From Patescibacteria group bacterium (GTDB lineage Bacteria; Patescibacteriota; Minisyncoccia; Minisyncoccales; UBA10102), in contig JANBVJ010000001.1 of the NCBI GenBank assembly GCA_024239055.1, positions 259,277 to 295,123 on the forward strand: a DNA stretch of 35,847 nt, read 5' to 3'. Made by a program: the position numbers and the translations under genes. Within the stretch, counting starts at the first letter, position 1; the number at the start of each line of letters is the position of its first letter. Positions 1 to 9,657 of the stretch are shown in pieces. A model generated the notes under the pieces. That model was not told the origin of the DNA. It saw only the letters and a list, made by a program, of their open reading frames with translations, and made no database searches.

Positions 1-1196
1 CCGTTTATGCCTTTTTTCACCTTTAATCCTCCTGTAAAGGAACTAAGAGCATGAGCTGACTCTTTTAATCCTATTCCCACCTCCAAACTCGCAAGTTGAG
101 CTAATAAGATGTTTTCTAGGAAAGGACCTCCAACACGAACTTGTACAGCGGCACTTTCACCTTCTTTATGTACGGCAGTAAAAGAAATCTCATGTTTTGT
201 AATTATTAAATTTTCAGCCCATAGTTCACCTTCTTTTCCAATCTTTCGTTTCTTGCCCTGAGTTCTTTCATACATCTCTTTGCAATATGGATTAAAGCCG
301 TTAAAGATACTCACTCCTTTATTATCCAAAGACTCAACTAATTCATACTTTCCCTCAATTATATTCTTTTGAGAGCCAAAAGTTGCCATGTGCTGTTCAT
401 TAATGCCTGTAACTATTGCAATCTTTGGTTTTGCTATTGAAGCAAGTAAACGAATTCCTCCTTTGTTATACGCCCCCATCTCACATACAAAAACCTCATG
501 TTCTTCTCTAAGGCCTCGTAAAATGGTCTGCGATATTCCAACTTCAGAGTTATTATTCTTTTGTGTCTTTAGAGTCTTATACTTTGCAGAAACTATATGA
601 AAGAGAAGTTCTTTTACTGAACTCTTACCATATGAACCCGTAACACCAATAACTAAAAGACTGCTCATTTCAGCTCTCTTTTTTCTTGCTTGTTGAATCA
701 TGCTATTTCGCTGATAGACCGCAATTGGCTGAAACAGCAAGACCACAACTGAAACCAATAAAGGAGAGGCGAGATCTAAAACAACAAGCGAGACTAAGAA
801 CATATTTCCGCTTAAACCAACAACAAAGAATAAAATACCGACAATCACTAGCGCAATCACTATTGTCGCCACAGAGAGTATTAAAGTCTTTAAGGTAAAT
901 ACCGGACGAGTAATAGATCTCCGTAATACATCAAAGAAAACCTTCCCCGCTTCCAAACCATAGAGAATAAAAACAAGAATATTAGCTTGAGAGAAAACAA
1001 ACAAAAAACGGATAAGCACAATCTTTACTGCAATCAAAGAATTAATGAAAAGATGACTTCCCCTATACGTTCTAAAGTGATCTGTAAACCTTCCAATATG
1101 GTATTCTTTTAACTGCCAGAGATATACCCAAAAGAGCACATTCTTTGCCATGCGAAAAAACCAGAGCACAATAACCACTGGAATAATAAAATTCAT
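1..1196 (-). CDS. murF: Mur ligase, MurF-like, with N-terminal hydrophobic extension (3' end runs off the window)
   Basis: Manual translation from ATG 1196 (MNFIIPVVIVLWFF...) reaches the P-loop VIGVTGSYGKSSVKE in frame near 659-610. Absent from the ORF track because it is open-ended. Confidence 0.8.
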   Translation of the reverse strand, partial: MNFIIPVVIVLWFFRMAKNVLFWVYLWQLKEYHIGRFTDHFRTYRGSHLFINSLIAVKIVLIRFLFVFSQANILVFILYGLEAGKVFFDVLRRSITRPVFTLKTLILSVATIVIALVIVGILFFVVGLSGNMFLVSLVVLDLASPLLVSVVVLLFQPIAVYQRNSMIQQARKKRAEMSSLLVIGVTGSYGKSSVKELLFHIVSAKYKTLKTQKNNNSEVGISQTILRGLREEHEVFVCEMGAYNKGGIRLLASIAKPKIAIVTGINEQHMATFGSQKNIIEGKYELVESLDNKGVSIFNGFNPYCKEMYERTQGKKRKIGKEGELWAENLIITKHEISFTAVHKEGESAAVQVRVGGPFLENILLAQLASLEVGIGLKESAHALSSFTGGLKVKKGIN

Positions 1197-1197
1197 A

Positions 1198-1968
1198 TTA
1201 TTTAGTAAGAAATGTTTCTATCTCCCTTACCAATTCGTCTGGAATTTTCTTATGTGGAGTATGTCCAATGTCTGGAAATATAACAAGTTTTGCATTTTCA
1301 ATCTCCTGTTTCATAATATTCGCATCCTCAATAGGTACAAAGTCATCCTTCTCACCCCAGAGCACGAGAGTAGATGTCTTAATAGAAGAAAGTATTGGTC
1401 GAAGATTTTTTGATAGAACGCTTAAGAATATTTCTTTCATAACACCCTCAGCCTCCAAATAATCCGTTCTTTTGATGGCACGATAAAACAATCTCCTTAC
1501 GTGAGGACGCCATCTCCGTATAAAAGGAAGGGAACCAACAAGGTTTGCGGACTTTGCAATAATGAGGAGTACTTTGTGACGTAGACGCATATGACGTATG
1601 CCCGCAGCCGCGCATAGGATAAGATAAGAAAGCTCTTCTGGGTACTTTACTGCATATTGAATAGCGATCCTTCCGCCAAATGAGTGCCCAATAAGAATTA
1701 TGCCTTCAAGATTCAGTTCTTGAGAAAACTTCTCCACAAACTCCACATAGCGCTCCAAAGACCAACCAGCAGGGGGAGATGGAGTCTTTCCAAATCCAGG
1801 AAGATCGGGAACAACAACCAAATACTTCTTTGAGAGTAACTCTTGTACCTTTGTCCAGGATGCAGATGTTCCTCCCCAACCGTGAAGAATTAAAATCGGC
1901 TGACCTTTGCCAGCTATCTTGTAATTCACATCCAATCCATCTATTTTTATACTACGTTCTTCAATCAT
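1198..1968 (-). CDS. alpha/beta fold hydrolase
   Basis: LHGWGG, PDLPGFG, GHSFGG nucleophile elbow, C-terminal GH. Confidence 0.9.
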   Translation of the reverse strand: MIEERSIKIDGLDVNYKIAGKGQPILILHGWGGTSASWTKVQELLSKKYLVVVPDLPGFGKTPSPPAGWSLERYVEFVEKFSQELNLEGIILIGHSFGGRIAIQYAVKYPEELSYLILCAAAGIRHMRLRHKVLLIIAKSANLVGSLPFIRRWRPHVRRLFYRAIKRTDYLEAEGVMKEIFLSVLSKNLRPILSSIKTSTLVLWGEKDDFVPIEDANIMKQEIENAKLVIFPDIGHTPHKKIPDELVREIETFLTK

Positions 1969-3284
1969 GTAGATTTCTTTATTTCCTTTACTCCAACATA
2001 TTTTTGCAAAACAGCAGGAATCTTCACCGATCCATCTTTTTTCTGATAATTCTCGAGTATGGCAATAAGCATTCTCCCAATGGCAAAAACAGTGGCATCG
2101 TTCATATGGACAAATTGCTTTGTCCCATCTTTAAATCGAACGCGAATATTAAGACGCCTTGCCTGATAATCAGTCATTAAATCTGAGCTATGGGTTTCCC
2201 TATATAAATCTTGCCCCGGCATCCATGTCTCAATATCAATCTGCCGTGCATCTGGCTTACCCATATCTCCAGTAGAAATAAGAACAACTTGATATGGAAG
2301 TTTTAAAGACTGCATGAGATATTCCTGAAGAGCTACAATAAATTCCTGTTCAAGTAGTGAATTCTCACCTGTTGTAAATGACTCAATCTCAACCTTATCA
2401 AACTGATGAACGCGAAGGATACCCTTTGTATCCTTACCATATGAACCGGCTTCTCGGCGAAATGATGTAGAGAACCCAACATATCTTTTTGGCAACTCTT
2501 TTTCCTCTAATGTTTCTTTCATGTGCAATGGTCCTAAGGTATGTTCTGCTGACCCAACTAAATATAAATCATCTTGTTTTAAATAATATCTTTCATCCTT
2601 GTCATCTCCAGAAAGACGGGCCATCTGAGAAAGAACCTCAGGGCGTATTATTACAGGAGGAACTACAGGTATAAAAGGAGTAGATGAATATCCTTTTTTT
2701 ACAGAGCTTGCTATCTTTTTTATAATCTTCTCAGAAGTTAAAATCTCAAAAGCATAATGAATTAAGGCAAATTCCAGCAATGCCGCCCCTCCCTTTAAAT
2801 ACGCAAATCGAGTACCTGAAACCTCAGATGCTTTTTTTGTATCTATAATATCCAACTCCTCTCCAATCTCCATATGATCTTTTGGTTTAAAATCAAAAGA
2901 TGTAGGTTTACCCCATTTTCTCAAAACTTTATTTGCAGACTCATCTTTTCCAATAGGAACATCTTTAAATGGAATATTTGGAACAGCATCCATTAACTCA
3001 AAAAATACCTCCTGAGTTCTTCTAAGCTCTGCCTCCCTTTTGCTTAACTGCTTTTTTAATTTTGCAGAATCTGCTATCTTTTTTTCCTTCTCCTTTCCAG
3101 ACAAAGAAGCAATAGAAACTGAAACCTTATTCTGCTCAGCTCGAAGCACATCAACTTCCTGAATCATTGTTCTTCGTTCTTCATCAATCTTTAAAAGATT
3201 ATCCACATCAAAAGTTAGACCCTTTGACTGAACTGCCTTCACTACCTTATCTGGATTCTCTCTAATAAACGCAATATCTAACAT
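1965..3284 (-). CDS. serS: seryl-tRNA synthetase
   Basis: MLDI..IREN start, coiled-coil arm, FRREAGSYGKDTKGILRVHQFDKVE. Confidence 0.98.
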   Translation of the reverse strand: MLDIAFIRENPDKVVKAVQSKGLTFDVDNLLKIDEERRTMIQEVDVLRAEQNKVSVSIASLSGKEKEKKIADSAKLKKQLSKREAELRRTQEVFFELMDAVPNIPFKDVPIGKDESANKVLRKWGKPTSFDFKPKDHMEIGEELDIIDTKKASEVSGTRFAYLKGGAALLEFALIHYAFEILTSEKIIKKIASSVKKGYSSTPFIPVVPPVIIRPEVLSQMARLSGDDKDERYYLKQDDLYLVGSAEHTLGPLHMKETLEEKELPKRYVGFSTSFRREAGSYGKDTKGILRVHQFDKVEIESFTTGENSLLEQEFIVALQEYLMQSLKLPYQVVLISTGDMGKPDARQIDIETWMPGQDLYRETHSSDLMTDYQARRLNIRVRFKDGTKQFVHMNDATVFAIGRMLIAILENYQKKDGSVKIPAVLQKYVGVKEIKKST

Positions 3285-3285
3285 A

Positions 3286-4752
3286 CTATTTTTTTTGTCT
3301 CATAAATGGAAACAGGATACTCTCGCGCAGGCTATTGGAATCTGTCAGAAGTGTAGTGAGGCGGTCAATGCCCATACCAAATCCAGCTGTTGGAGGCATA
3401 CCATACTCCAATGCTTCTATGAAGTTCTCATCCATACGTTGCGCTTCTTCATCCCCCTTCTTATACAACTTCTCTTGGTCTTTAAATACTCTTCTCTGCT
3501 CTATGGGGTCATTAAGCTCAGAGTATGCCTTTATTAATTCCCATCCTGCCGCCACTAGCTGAAATGCTCCCAACTTTGAGTCATCTTCATCAAGCTTTTT
3601 CGCTAAAGGAATGGAATCAGCAGGATAATGAATAATAAAAGTAGGCTCCCACAGCTTTGGAAAACAGTATTTCTTCATAATGGCGTCCGCCACCTTAGCT
3701 TTAGAATAGCTGGGTTCTACAGGCACATCCAACTCCTTTGCTTTCTTAATCAGAGCCGTTCTATTCAATTCTTCAATATCAACTTTCGCATACTGCTTAA
3801 TGAGTTTTGAATACTCAACTCGCTTCCATGGAGTTTTAAAATCAAGCTTTTTCCCATCATACTCAATTGTTGTCTTACCAAATACATCTTTTAATAAAGT
3901 AGTAAACATCTCCTCTGTAAACTTCATCATATCTTTATAGTCTGCATACGCCCAGTAAAACTCCAGCATGGTAAAGTCAGGATTATGGGACTTATCCACT
4001 CCTTCATTACGAAATACCCGCCCTATCTCATACACCTTTTCAAATCCTCCTACAATTAATCTCTTTAAATAGAGTTCAGGAGCAATCCTCAGGTATACAT
4101 TAGCATCAAAGGCCTTCATATGAGTTTTAAATGGAGTGGCATCAGCTCCTCCATACAAAGACTGAAGAATTGGTGTATCAACCTCCATAAATCCTTCTTT
4201 TTCCAAAAATCTTCGCAGAGATTGTATAATCTTAGTTCTCGTCTGAAACTTTTCTCTTACGTCTTTATTAAAGATTAAGTCTAAATATCGCTTTCTGTAT
4301 CGTTCTTCAACATCCTGCAAACCATGCCACTTTTCTGGCAAGGGAAGTAAAGACTTAGCTAAGATCTTGTAATCTGCAACCTCCACAGTCTTTTCTCCTT
4401 TCTTTGTTTTAAAAAGAGTACCTCTAATCTGCACAATATCTCCAATATCAAAGTTATCCAGAAAAAAAGCATATGCCTTCTCCCCTACTCCATCTCTTTT
4501 CAAATATGCCTGTATGCTTGCCGTAGCATCCTGCACATCAAAAAAGGTGGAGCCACCGTGCTCTCGAAACGAGCGCATTCTTCCCGCTATAGTAACTTCT
4601 TTTTTGCCTTTTGAGAGTTTCGTGAAATCAGAAAGAAGACCATCAATTAAATGAGTTCGTTGAGAAGTAACAGGATATGCCTTTTTTCCTGCTGACTCAA
4701 TACGTTTTAGCTTTGAAAGTCGCGCTTTTTTAATATCAGAAATACTTGCCAT
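3286..4752 (-). CDS. lysS: lysyl-tRNA synthetase (class II)
   Basis: PLPEKWHGL, YLRIAPELYLKRL, FRNEG, EYGMPPTAGFGMGIDRL. Confidence 0.98.
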   Translation of the reverse strand: MASISDIKKARLSKLKRIESAGKKAYPVTSQRTHLIDGLLSDFTKLSKGKKEVTIAGRMRSFREHGGSTFFDVQDATASIQAYLKRDGVGEKAYAFFLDNFDIGDIVQIRGTLFKTKKGEKTVEVADYKILAKSLLPLPEKWHGLQDVEERYRKRYLDLIFNKDVREKFQTRTKIIQSLRRFLEKEGFMEVDTPILQSLYGGADATPFKTHMKAFDANVYLRIAPELYLKRLIVGGFEKVYEIGRVFRNEGVDKSHNPDFTMLEFYWAYADYKDMMKFTEEMFTTLLKDVFGKTTIEYDGKKLDFKTPWKRVEYSKLIKQYAKVDIEELNRTALIKKAKELDVPVEPSYSKAKVADAIMKKYCFPKLWEPTFIIHYPADSIPLAKKLDEDDSKLGAFQLVAAGWELIKAYSELNDPIEQRRVFKDQEKLYKKGDEEAQRMDENFIEALEYGMPPTAGFGMGIDRLTTLLTDSNSLRESILFPFMRQKK

Positions 4753-4824
4753 ATTTCAGAATTATACCTAATTTTGAACCTTAGGTCAAAAGAAAAATCC
4801 TGTAAAATTACAGGACTTCCCTCG

Positions 4825-5280
4825 CTATGAAATCTTAACAACTAAATAATCAATACTTCCATTTGGAGTCTCAATCTTCACCTTATCCCCTTTTTTCTTT
4901 AAAAGAAGGGCTGAACCTATTGGAGACTCAACTGAAATCTTGCCGGACATAGGATCAGCTTCCAAGGCCGTCACAATAGTATATGTTATATTTTCTGTTC
5001 CGTCTTTTAACTCTACATTAGAGCCAATCTGAACAGCTCCGTTTCCTGTGGACTTCCCAACTACCTCTGAAGTATGTATCTTTTCTCCAATCTCTATAAT
5101 CTTGCGTTCCAACATCTCCTGTTCTTCTTTCGCATTATGATAATCAAAGTTTTCAGATAAATCTCCAAAAGAAATTGCCTTTCTAAGACGAGCTGCTATC
5201 TCTTGACGCTTTGTAGTCTTGAGCTCTTTCAACTCCTCCTCAAGTTTTTTTAACCCTTCTTTGGTAATATATGTTGCCAT
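4825..5280 (-). CDS. greA: transcription elongation factor GreA
   Basis: GDLSENFDY, ISVESPIGSALL. Confidence 0.97.
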   Translation of the reverse strand: MATYITKEGLKKLEEELKELKTTKRQEIAARLRKAISFGDLSENFDYHNAKEEQEMLERKIIEIGEKIHTSEVVGKSTGNGAVQIGSNVELKDGTENITYTIVTALEADPMSGKISVESPIGSALLLKKKGDKVKIETPNGSIDYLVVKIS

Positions 5281-5283
5281 AGC

Positions 5284-7224
5284 CTATTGGCTAAAATACC
5301 ATTCTAAAATCTCTTTTGCAATAGGCAAAGCCGCAATCTGCTCTCCTCTTACGTCTTCAATAAGAACTGTTAAAACAATCTCAGGATTTTCATATGGAGC
5401 AAATACAGTCACCCAGTTATGTAGAATATCGGGATCTGGAGTCTGAGCCGTTCCTGTCTTGGCCGCAACCTCTACAGGGAGACTATTTAAGAGCACTGAG
5501 GAACCTGAAGTTACAGCTTGACGCATACCTTCTCGAACAATTTGTAAAATCTCCTGCTCAATGATGTTCTCTCTTACTACAACGCTCTCAATTTTCTGCT
5601 GTCCCTCATCTCTAACAATTTCCTTTACAACCTGTAACTCAAATACCGTTCCATTATTTGCTATTGCAGAAAAGGCACGCACAACCTGGAGTGGTGTTGT
5701 AAGAAGATTACCCTGCCCAATTGAAAGTAAATAGGTATCACCATCCCACCATCCTTCACCTTTTACTTCTTGTTTCCATTCTGGAGTCGGAAGCAGACCC
5801 GATTTTTCACCCTGAATATCAATTCCGGTCTTCTCTCCCCATCCAAACAAAGAAAGATACTGGGTAATCCTTGAAGGACCCAATCCTTCTTGCTGACCAT
5901 ATCCTCCTCCAATAGTATAAAAGTATACGTTTGAAGAAACGGCAATGGCATCTCGCATATTAACCCAACCATGATTCTTCCAATCTAGATACTTATATAC
6001 AATCTCGGGGTCATAACGATTTGGTACCTCAATGTATCCCTGTGTGAACATTAGCTCGTCTGGATCAATAATATCTTCTGCCAGGGCTGCTGAGGCCACA
6101 AGGGGCTTTATAGTAGACCCTGTGGGATACAACCCTCCTACGGCACGATTAAAGAGTGGTTCTGCAGGATCTTCCAGCAATTGTGAATATTCTTTTTGGC
6201 TAATACCTCCAGAAAAAGCATTAATGTCAAAACCAGGCATACTTACAAGAGAAAGAATACCGCCTGATCTTGGATCCATGGCAATGACAACTCCTTTTTT
6301 CGAACCTATACGTTTAAGATTATCAGAAAGAGCCTGTGTAACCTTTTCTTGCAGGCCAAGATCCATCCACAAAACAAGTGACTCCCCGGGTTCAGAAGGA
6401 ATCTCGCCCTTATCTTTCACAATCTTCCCATAAGCATCGCGTTCAAAAAGCTGTGCTCCTGGTTTTCCCCGTAAAACTGACTCAAAAGACTGTTCAACTC
6501 CAACTTTTCCTATTTGGTCTGTCACGCCATATCCTGAAAACTCCTCTAATTCCTCAGGAGATACTTTAGCAGTATACCCAAGTAAATGAGAGAGTACAGA
6601 ACCTTGTACATATTCACGGATTGTATTCTCCTGTACCCAACATCCTTCAAGATTTTCTAGTCTAGTCTCCACCATTATCAACTCCTCATGACTTAGATTC
6701 TCTCCAATTAACATAGTAGATGATGATTGCCTATCAAATACATCCTTTAAATCTTCAAAAGAGAAATCAGATAAACCTGCAAGTTCCTTGAACATATCCT
6801 CTCTTACACCTCTTTTTTGAGATATCTCCAACTTATCACACACCAAATCAAAACTCGGTCTATTAAATACAAGCTGGATACCAGAGGAATCATACATAAC
6901 TCCGCGTTCTGCTGCAATGGCAATGGATCTTATGGCATTCATCTTAGCTCTTTCACTTAATTCTTCTCCTTGAACAATCTGTAAATAACCTGTCCTAATG
7001 AAAAATACCGTCAAGATAACAACAAATCCAAAATATAAAACACGCAGTACGAGTTGAGAAAGAGGAATCTCAATCTTTCGCTCAAATCCGCCTTCCCGCT
7101 CTTGTTGATTTGCGGCAAGTTTATCCAAAAAAACCTCCTGAAACTCTACTTCTTTGGAGAAACGTGTAACAAATGACCCTTTATCTTTGAAGAATGGGAG
7201 GCCGAACATATGATTTAATAACAA
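5284..7224 (-). CDS. mrdA: penicillin-binding protein 2 (class B transpeptidase); start uncertain
   Basis: GSTIK (SxxK), SSN (SxN) and KTG motifs; single TM anchor; downstream of mreC/mreD. Confidence 0.92.
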   Translation of the reverse strand: MLLNHMFGLPFFKDKGSFVTRFSKEVEFQEVFLDKLAANQQEREGGFERKIEIPLSQLVLRVLYFGFVVILTVFFIRTGYLQIVQGEELSERAKMNAIRSIAIAAERGVMYDSSGIQLVFNRPSFDLVCDKLEISQKRGVREDMFKELAGLSDFSFEDLKDVFDRQSSSTMLIGENLSHEELIMVETRLENLEGCWVQENTIREYVQGSVLSHLLGYTAKVSPEELEEFSGYGVTDQIGKVGVEQSFESVLRGKPGAQLFERDAYGKIVKDKGEIPSEPGESLVLWMDLGLQEKVTQALSDNLKRIGSKKGVVIAMDPRSGGILSLVSMPGFDINAFSGGISQKEYSQLLEDPAEPLFNRAVGGLYPTGSTIKPLVASAALAEDIIDPDELMFTQGYIEVPNRYDPEIVYKYLDWKNHGWVNMRDAIAVSSNVYFYTIGGGYGQQEGLGPSRITQYLSLFGWGEKTGIDIQGEKSGLLPTPEWKQEVKGEGWWDGDTYLLSIGQGNLLTTPLQVVRAFSAIANNGTVFELQVVKEIVRDEGQQKIESVVVRENIIEQEILQIVREGMRQAVTSGSSVLLNSLPVEVAAKTGTAQTPDPDILHNWVTVFAPYENPEIVLTVLIEDVRGEQIAALPIAKEILEWYFSQ

Positions 7225-7492
7225 ACTTCACAAGAAGAACAATTCCCAAAAGAAGTATTACCCAGAATCCAAAGAAATAACCTGAGAATATATCCAAGAG
7301 CACTCCACCTACAATTGCATACCAGAAGCTCTTTATATCCCCAGATGCCTCAAAAAAGGCATAAAGAAAAATAAATCCAAAGATAAGATTAGGCACTATT
7401 CCAAAAATAGAAATATGGACAAGAAATGTTGTCTGAAAAATAATCAGAATGAGAAAAAGAATAAATATGAGAAAATTCTTTAACATAATCAA
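7181..7492 (-). CDS. mreD: short MreD-like membrane protein
   Basis: Hydrophobic, with PNL and GGVLLDIFSG motifs; lies between mreC and pbp2. Confidence 0.75.
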   Translation of the reverse strand: MIMLKNFLIFILFLILIIFQTTFLVHISIFGIVPNLIFGFIFLYAFFEASGDIKSFWYAIVGGVLLDIFSGYFFGFWVILLLGIVLLVKFVIKSYVRPPILQR

Positions 7493-8295
7493 AAAATAGA
7501 ACTTGGAACGTCATAATTTGTAATAACAAGCAGCACATTATACAAGCTGATATTAAAAGAAGGCTCTAGTACTGCTCGCTGAAATGGCTCAACATCTGAT
7601 GTAATAGCTTCAGTAACCTTACCTACAAGAAAATTCCTGGGAAATATACCTCCTAACTCATAGGTAGATACTATATCTCCCTGTTGAATAACCGCATCCT
7701 GCGGAAGAAGTTCTATTATAGCTTGAAACTTCCCTCTTCCTTTTAATACTCCCCCAATTCTATCTTCTCCTACCACTACATCAACTGAGCTTTGCGTATG
7801 AGAAAGAAGACGGACTCTTGAAAATTCACCAATAACCTCCTCAATTCTTCCAACGGCAATCTTCTCTGATGTAATAACGGGCATCCCCTCTTTTACCCCG
7901 GTACCCGAACGAATAACTAATACATCTTGAGTGGGGTCTTTGAAAAGAATCTCACCCTCTACAAACGTATAATCTTCCTCTAAACCAAATGCAAGAGCTT
8001 CCCTAAGTTTTTCATTTTCCTTTTGTATGCTTTCCAACTCACCAATCTTCTGTTCTAATTCTGCATTTTCAAGTAATAGACGCTCATTCTCTGTTTTTAG
8101 CCTTCCTGCATCAAATACCTCTTTACCTGCATCTGAAAAGGAATCTCCTATTTTCCATAAAGCAGACTGAGATGAAGCAAAAATATTCCATACTGTACCT
8201 CTGATTGGATTTTCAATCACATTGAGTGAGATGATTACCAAGAGCACAATAAAAAGGACTGTACGAGACCTTCTTGAAAATAGAACTTTTATCAT
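7489..8295 (-). CDS. mreC: rod shape-determining protein MreC
   Basis: TM anchor, coiled coil (ENERL...ENEKLREAL), GGIFP..VGKV. Confidence 0.92.
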   Translation of the reverse strand: MIKVLFSRRSRTVLFIVLLVIISLNVIENPIRGTVWNIFASSQSALWKIGDSFSDAGKEVFDAGRLKTENERLLLENAELEQKIGELESIQKENEKLREALAFGLEEDYTFVEGEILFKDPTQDVLVIRSGTGVKEGMPVITSEKIAVGRIEEVIGEFSRVRLLSHTQSSVDVVVGEDRIGGVLKGRGKFQAIIELLPQDAVIQQGDIVSTYELGGIFPRNFLVGKVTEAITSDVEPFQRAVLEPSFNISLYNVLLVITNYDVPSSIF

Positions 8296-8301
8296 TTATT
8301 C

Positions 8302-8352
8302 ATTATACGGCTCTACTTACCTCTTGACAACAAATGCATAATAATATAACAT
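8302..8352. promoter_or_regulatory. overlapping divergent sigma70 promoters (mreC and candidate RNA-1)
   Basis: Minus strand: TTGTCA-17-TATAAT (8330-8302), 6 nt before the mreC ATG. Plus strand: TTGACA (8324)-17-TAACAT (8347). Confidence 0.65.
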
Positions 8353-8354
8353 AA

Positions 8355-8645
8355 GGGGCATCTTGGACACTTAGAAACATGTGTCTGGGTGGTGCTCAGT
8401 CAGTGGGGGTATATCAGATGTGCTCTCAGAAAAAGACTAGTCAACGCGGAGGATTTGGTAATAACCTGGAATTAGCTACCGGGTTCAGAAGTACGCCCGT
8501 TTCCGGCAAAATGGTCCGGGATTAAGATTCTGGAGGGGTTCAATAAGACCCTAAAAGGTTCTAGGGCAACGGAATACCAGATCAATGCGCCACAGCCCGT
8601 ACTGGGTATTGGGGTTACAACTGAATAACCCACTTGGCTGACACC
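8355..8645 (+). ncRNA. candidate structured RNA-1 (~290 nt, family unknown)
   Basis: Promoter upstream and terminator downstream. 5' hairpin 8356-8397. Long-range AGTCAGTGGG/CCCACTTGGCT and GATTTGGTA/TACCAGATC pairings plus several inner hairpins. No convincing ORF. Confidence 0.55.
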
Positions 8646-8661
8646 AAAAAGCTCTTTCCTC

Positions 8662-8693
8662 GACGGTACCCCTTCTGGATACCGTCTTTTTTT
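8662..8693 (+). terminator. intrinsic terminator
   Basis: GACGGTA..TACCGTC followed by T7. Confidence 0.8.
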
Positions 8694-8795
8694 ATGAAAA
8701 GAAAAACCGATGGGTTTAATCATCGGTCTTCAAAATAAGCATCTCTTTGCTAGCTACATGAATATATAGATATAGCTAAAAAGTCAATATATCTA

Positions 8796-8824
8796 TTGAC
8801 AAGTAAAGGAAATAATGATAGTCT
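8796..8824 (+). promoter_or_regulatory. sigma70 promoter of candidate RNA-2
   Basis: TTGACA-17-TAGTCT with TGn extension; predicted +1 at about 8831 is the first base of the closing stem. Confidence 0.75.
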
Positions 8825-8830
8825 ATTTAT

Positions 8831-9021
8831 AGGGTGTTTGGGGGTAGGTCTTTGCTTACAATTGCTTGCGCTGCAAGTTCGGGCGGCGATATCCCCGGAC
8901 AGGATATCTCATTAGTGTGACCAAGTCATACGTGCAGCACTCCTGTAGATTAAGGTACAAACGCCTCCGTACCTATTCCGCTGGATAAGCTAAATACGTA
9001 GAGATCTCCCCCAAATACCCT
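8831..9021 (+). ncRNA. candidate structured RNA-2 (~191 nt; 6S-sized but branched)
   Basis: ~24-bp terminal stem AGGGTGTTTGGGGG(T)AGGTCTTTGC / GTAGAGATCTCCCCCAAATACCCT with G-U pairs, enclosing a junction with four hairpins; own promoter and terminator. Confidence 0.7.
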
Positions 9022-9022
9022 T

Positions 9023-9066
9023 AAAAAACGCCGCAGTACAATAATTGTACCCTGGCGTATTTTTTT
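9023..9066 (+). terminator. intrinsic terminator after RNA-2
   Basis: ACGCC..GTACAAT-A-ATTGTAC..GGCGT followed by a T tract. Confidence 0.7.
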
Positions 9067-9070
9067 ACAT

Positions 9071-9106
9071 AAACAAAAAGCACCCAAATAAATGGGTGTT
9101 TTTGTT
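9071..9106 (-). terminator. rrn (23S-5S) terminator
   Basis: Minus strand AAACACCCA..TGGGTGCTTTTTGTTT directly after the 5S. Confidence 0.75.
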
Positions 9107-9117
9107 CATCATAGACA

Positions 9118-9230
9118 CTGTAAGAGAGCTACCTACTTTCGCCCGTAAAGACTATCATCGGCCTTGAGAATTTTCACTTCCGAGTTCGGAATGGGATCGG
9201 GTGGAGCACTCTCAGCATAGCTCCCCTACG
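9118..9230 (-). rRNA. rrf: 5S rRNA (ends approximate)
   Basis: CCCATTCCGAACTCGGAAGTGAA, GCCGATGATAGT, GAAAGTAGG; flanking processing stem 9105-9244. Confidence 0.95.
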
Positions 9231-9552
9231 GTATCTATGATGAAATATCAAACGTCTGCTATAAATTGTTAGCTAATATATTGAAGGGAAGATCATTAGT
9301 ACTCCTCAGCTTAATGCGTTACCGCACTTACACTTAGAGCCTATCAACCTTGTAATCTTCAAGGGATCTAAAAGTTCTTATCTTGGAGTTGGCTTCGTGC
9401 TTAGATGCTTTCAGCACTTATCCATTCCCGACGTAGCTACTCAGCAATGCTCTTGGCAGAACAACTGATACACCAGAGGTCAGTTCATTCCGGTCCTCTC
9501 GTACTAGGAACAAATCTCCTCAAAACTCAACGCCTACGGTAGATAGGGACCA

Positions 9553-9596
<44 letters not shown>

Positions 9597-9657
9597 TTGG
9601 CGAACAGCCAAACCCTTGGAAGCTGCTTCACCTCCAGGATGTGATGAGCCGACATCG

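Noticed and set aside
8472-8723. 83-aa minus-strand ORF
   Set aside because: It starts inside terminator hairpins and opposes the promoter/terminator polarity; no recognisable family.
8355-9021. Calling the RNAs tmRNA, RNase P or SRP
   Set aside because: Diagnostic motifs (T-arm with acceptor stem, GAGGAAAGUC, GGAAGCAG loop) were not found on either strand.
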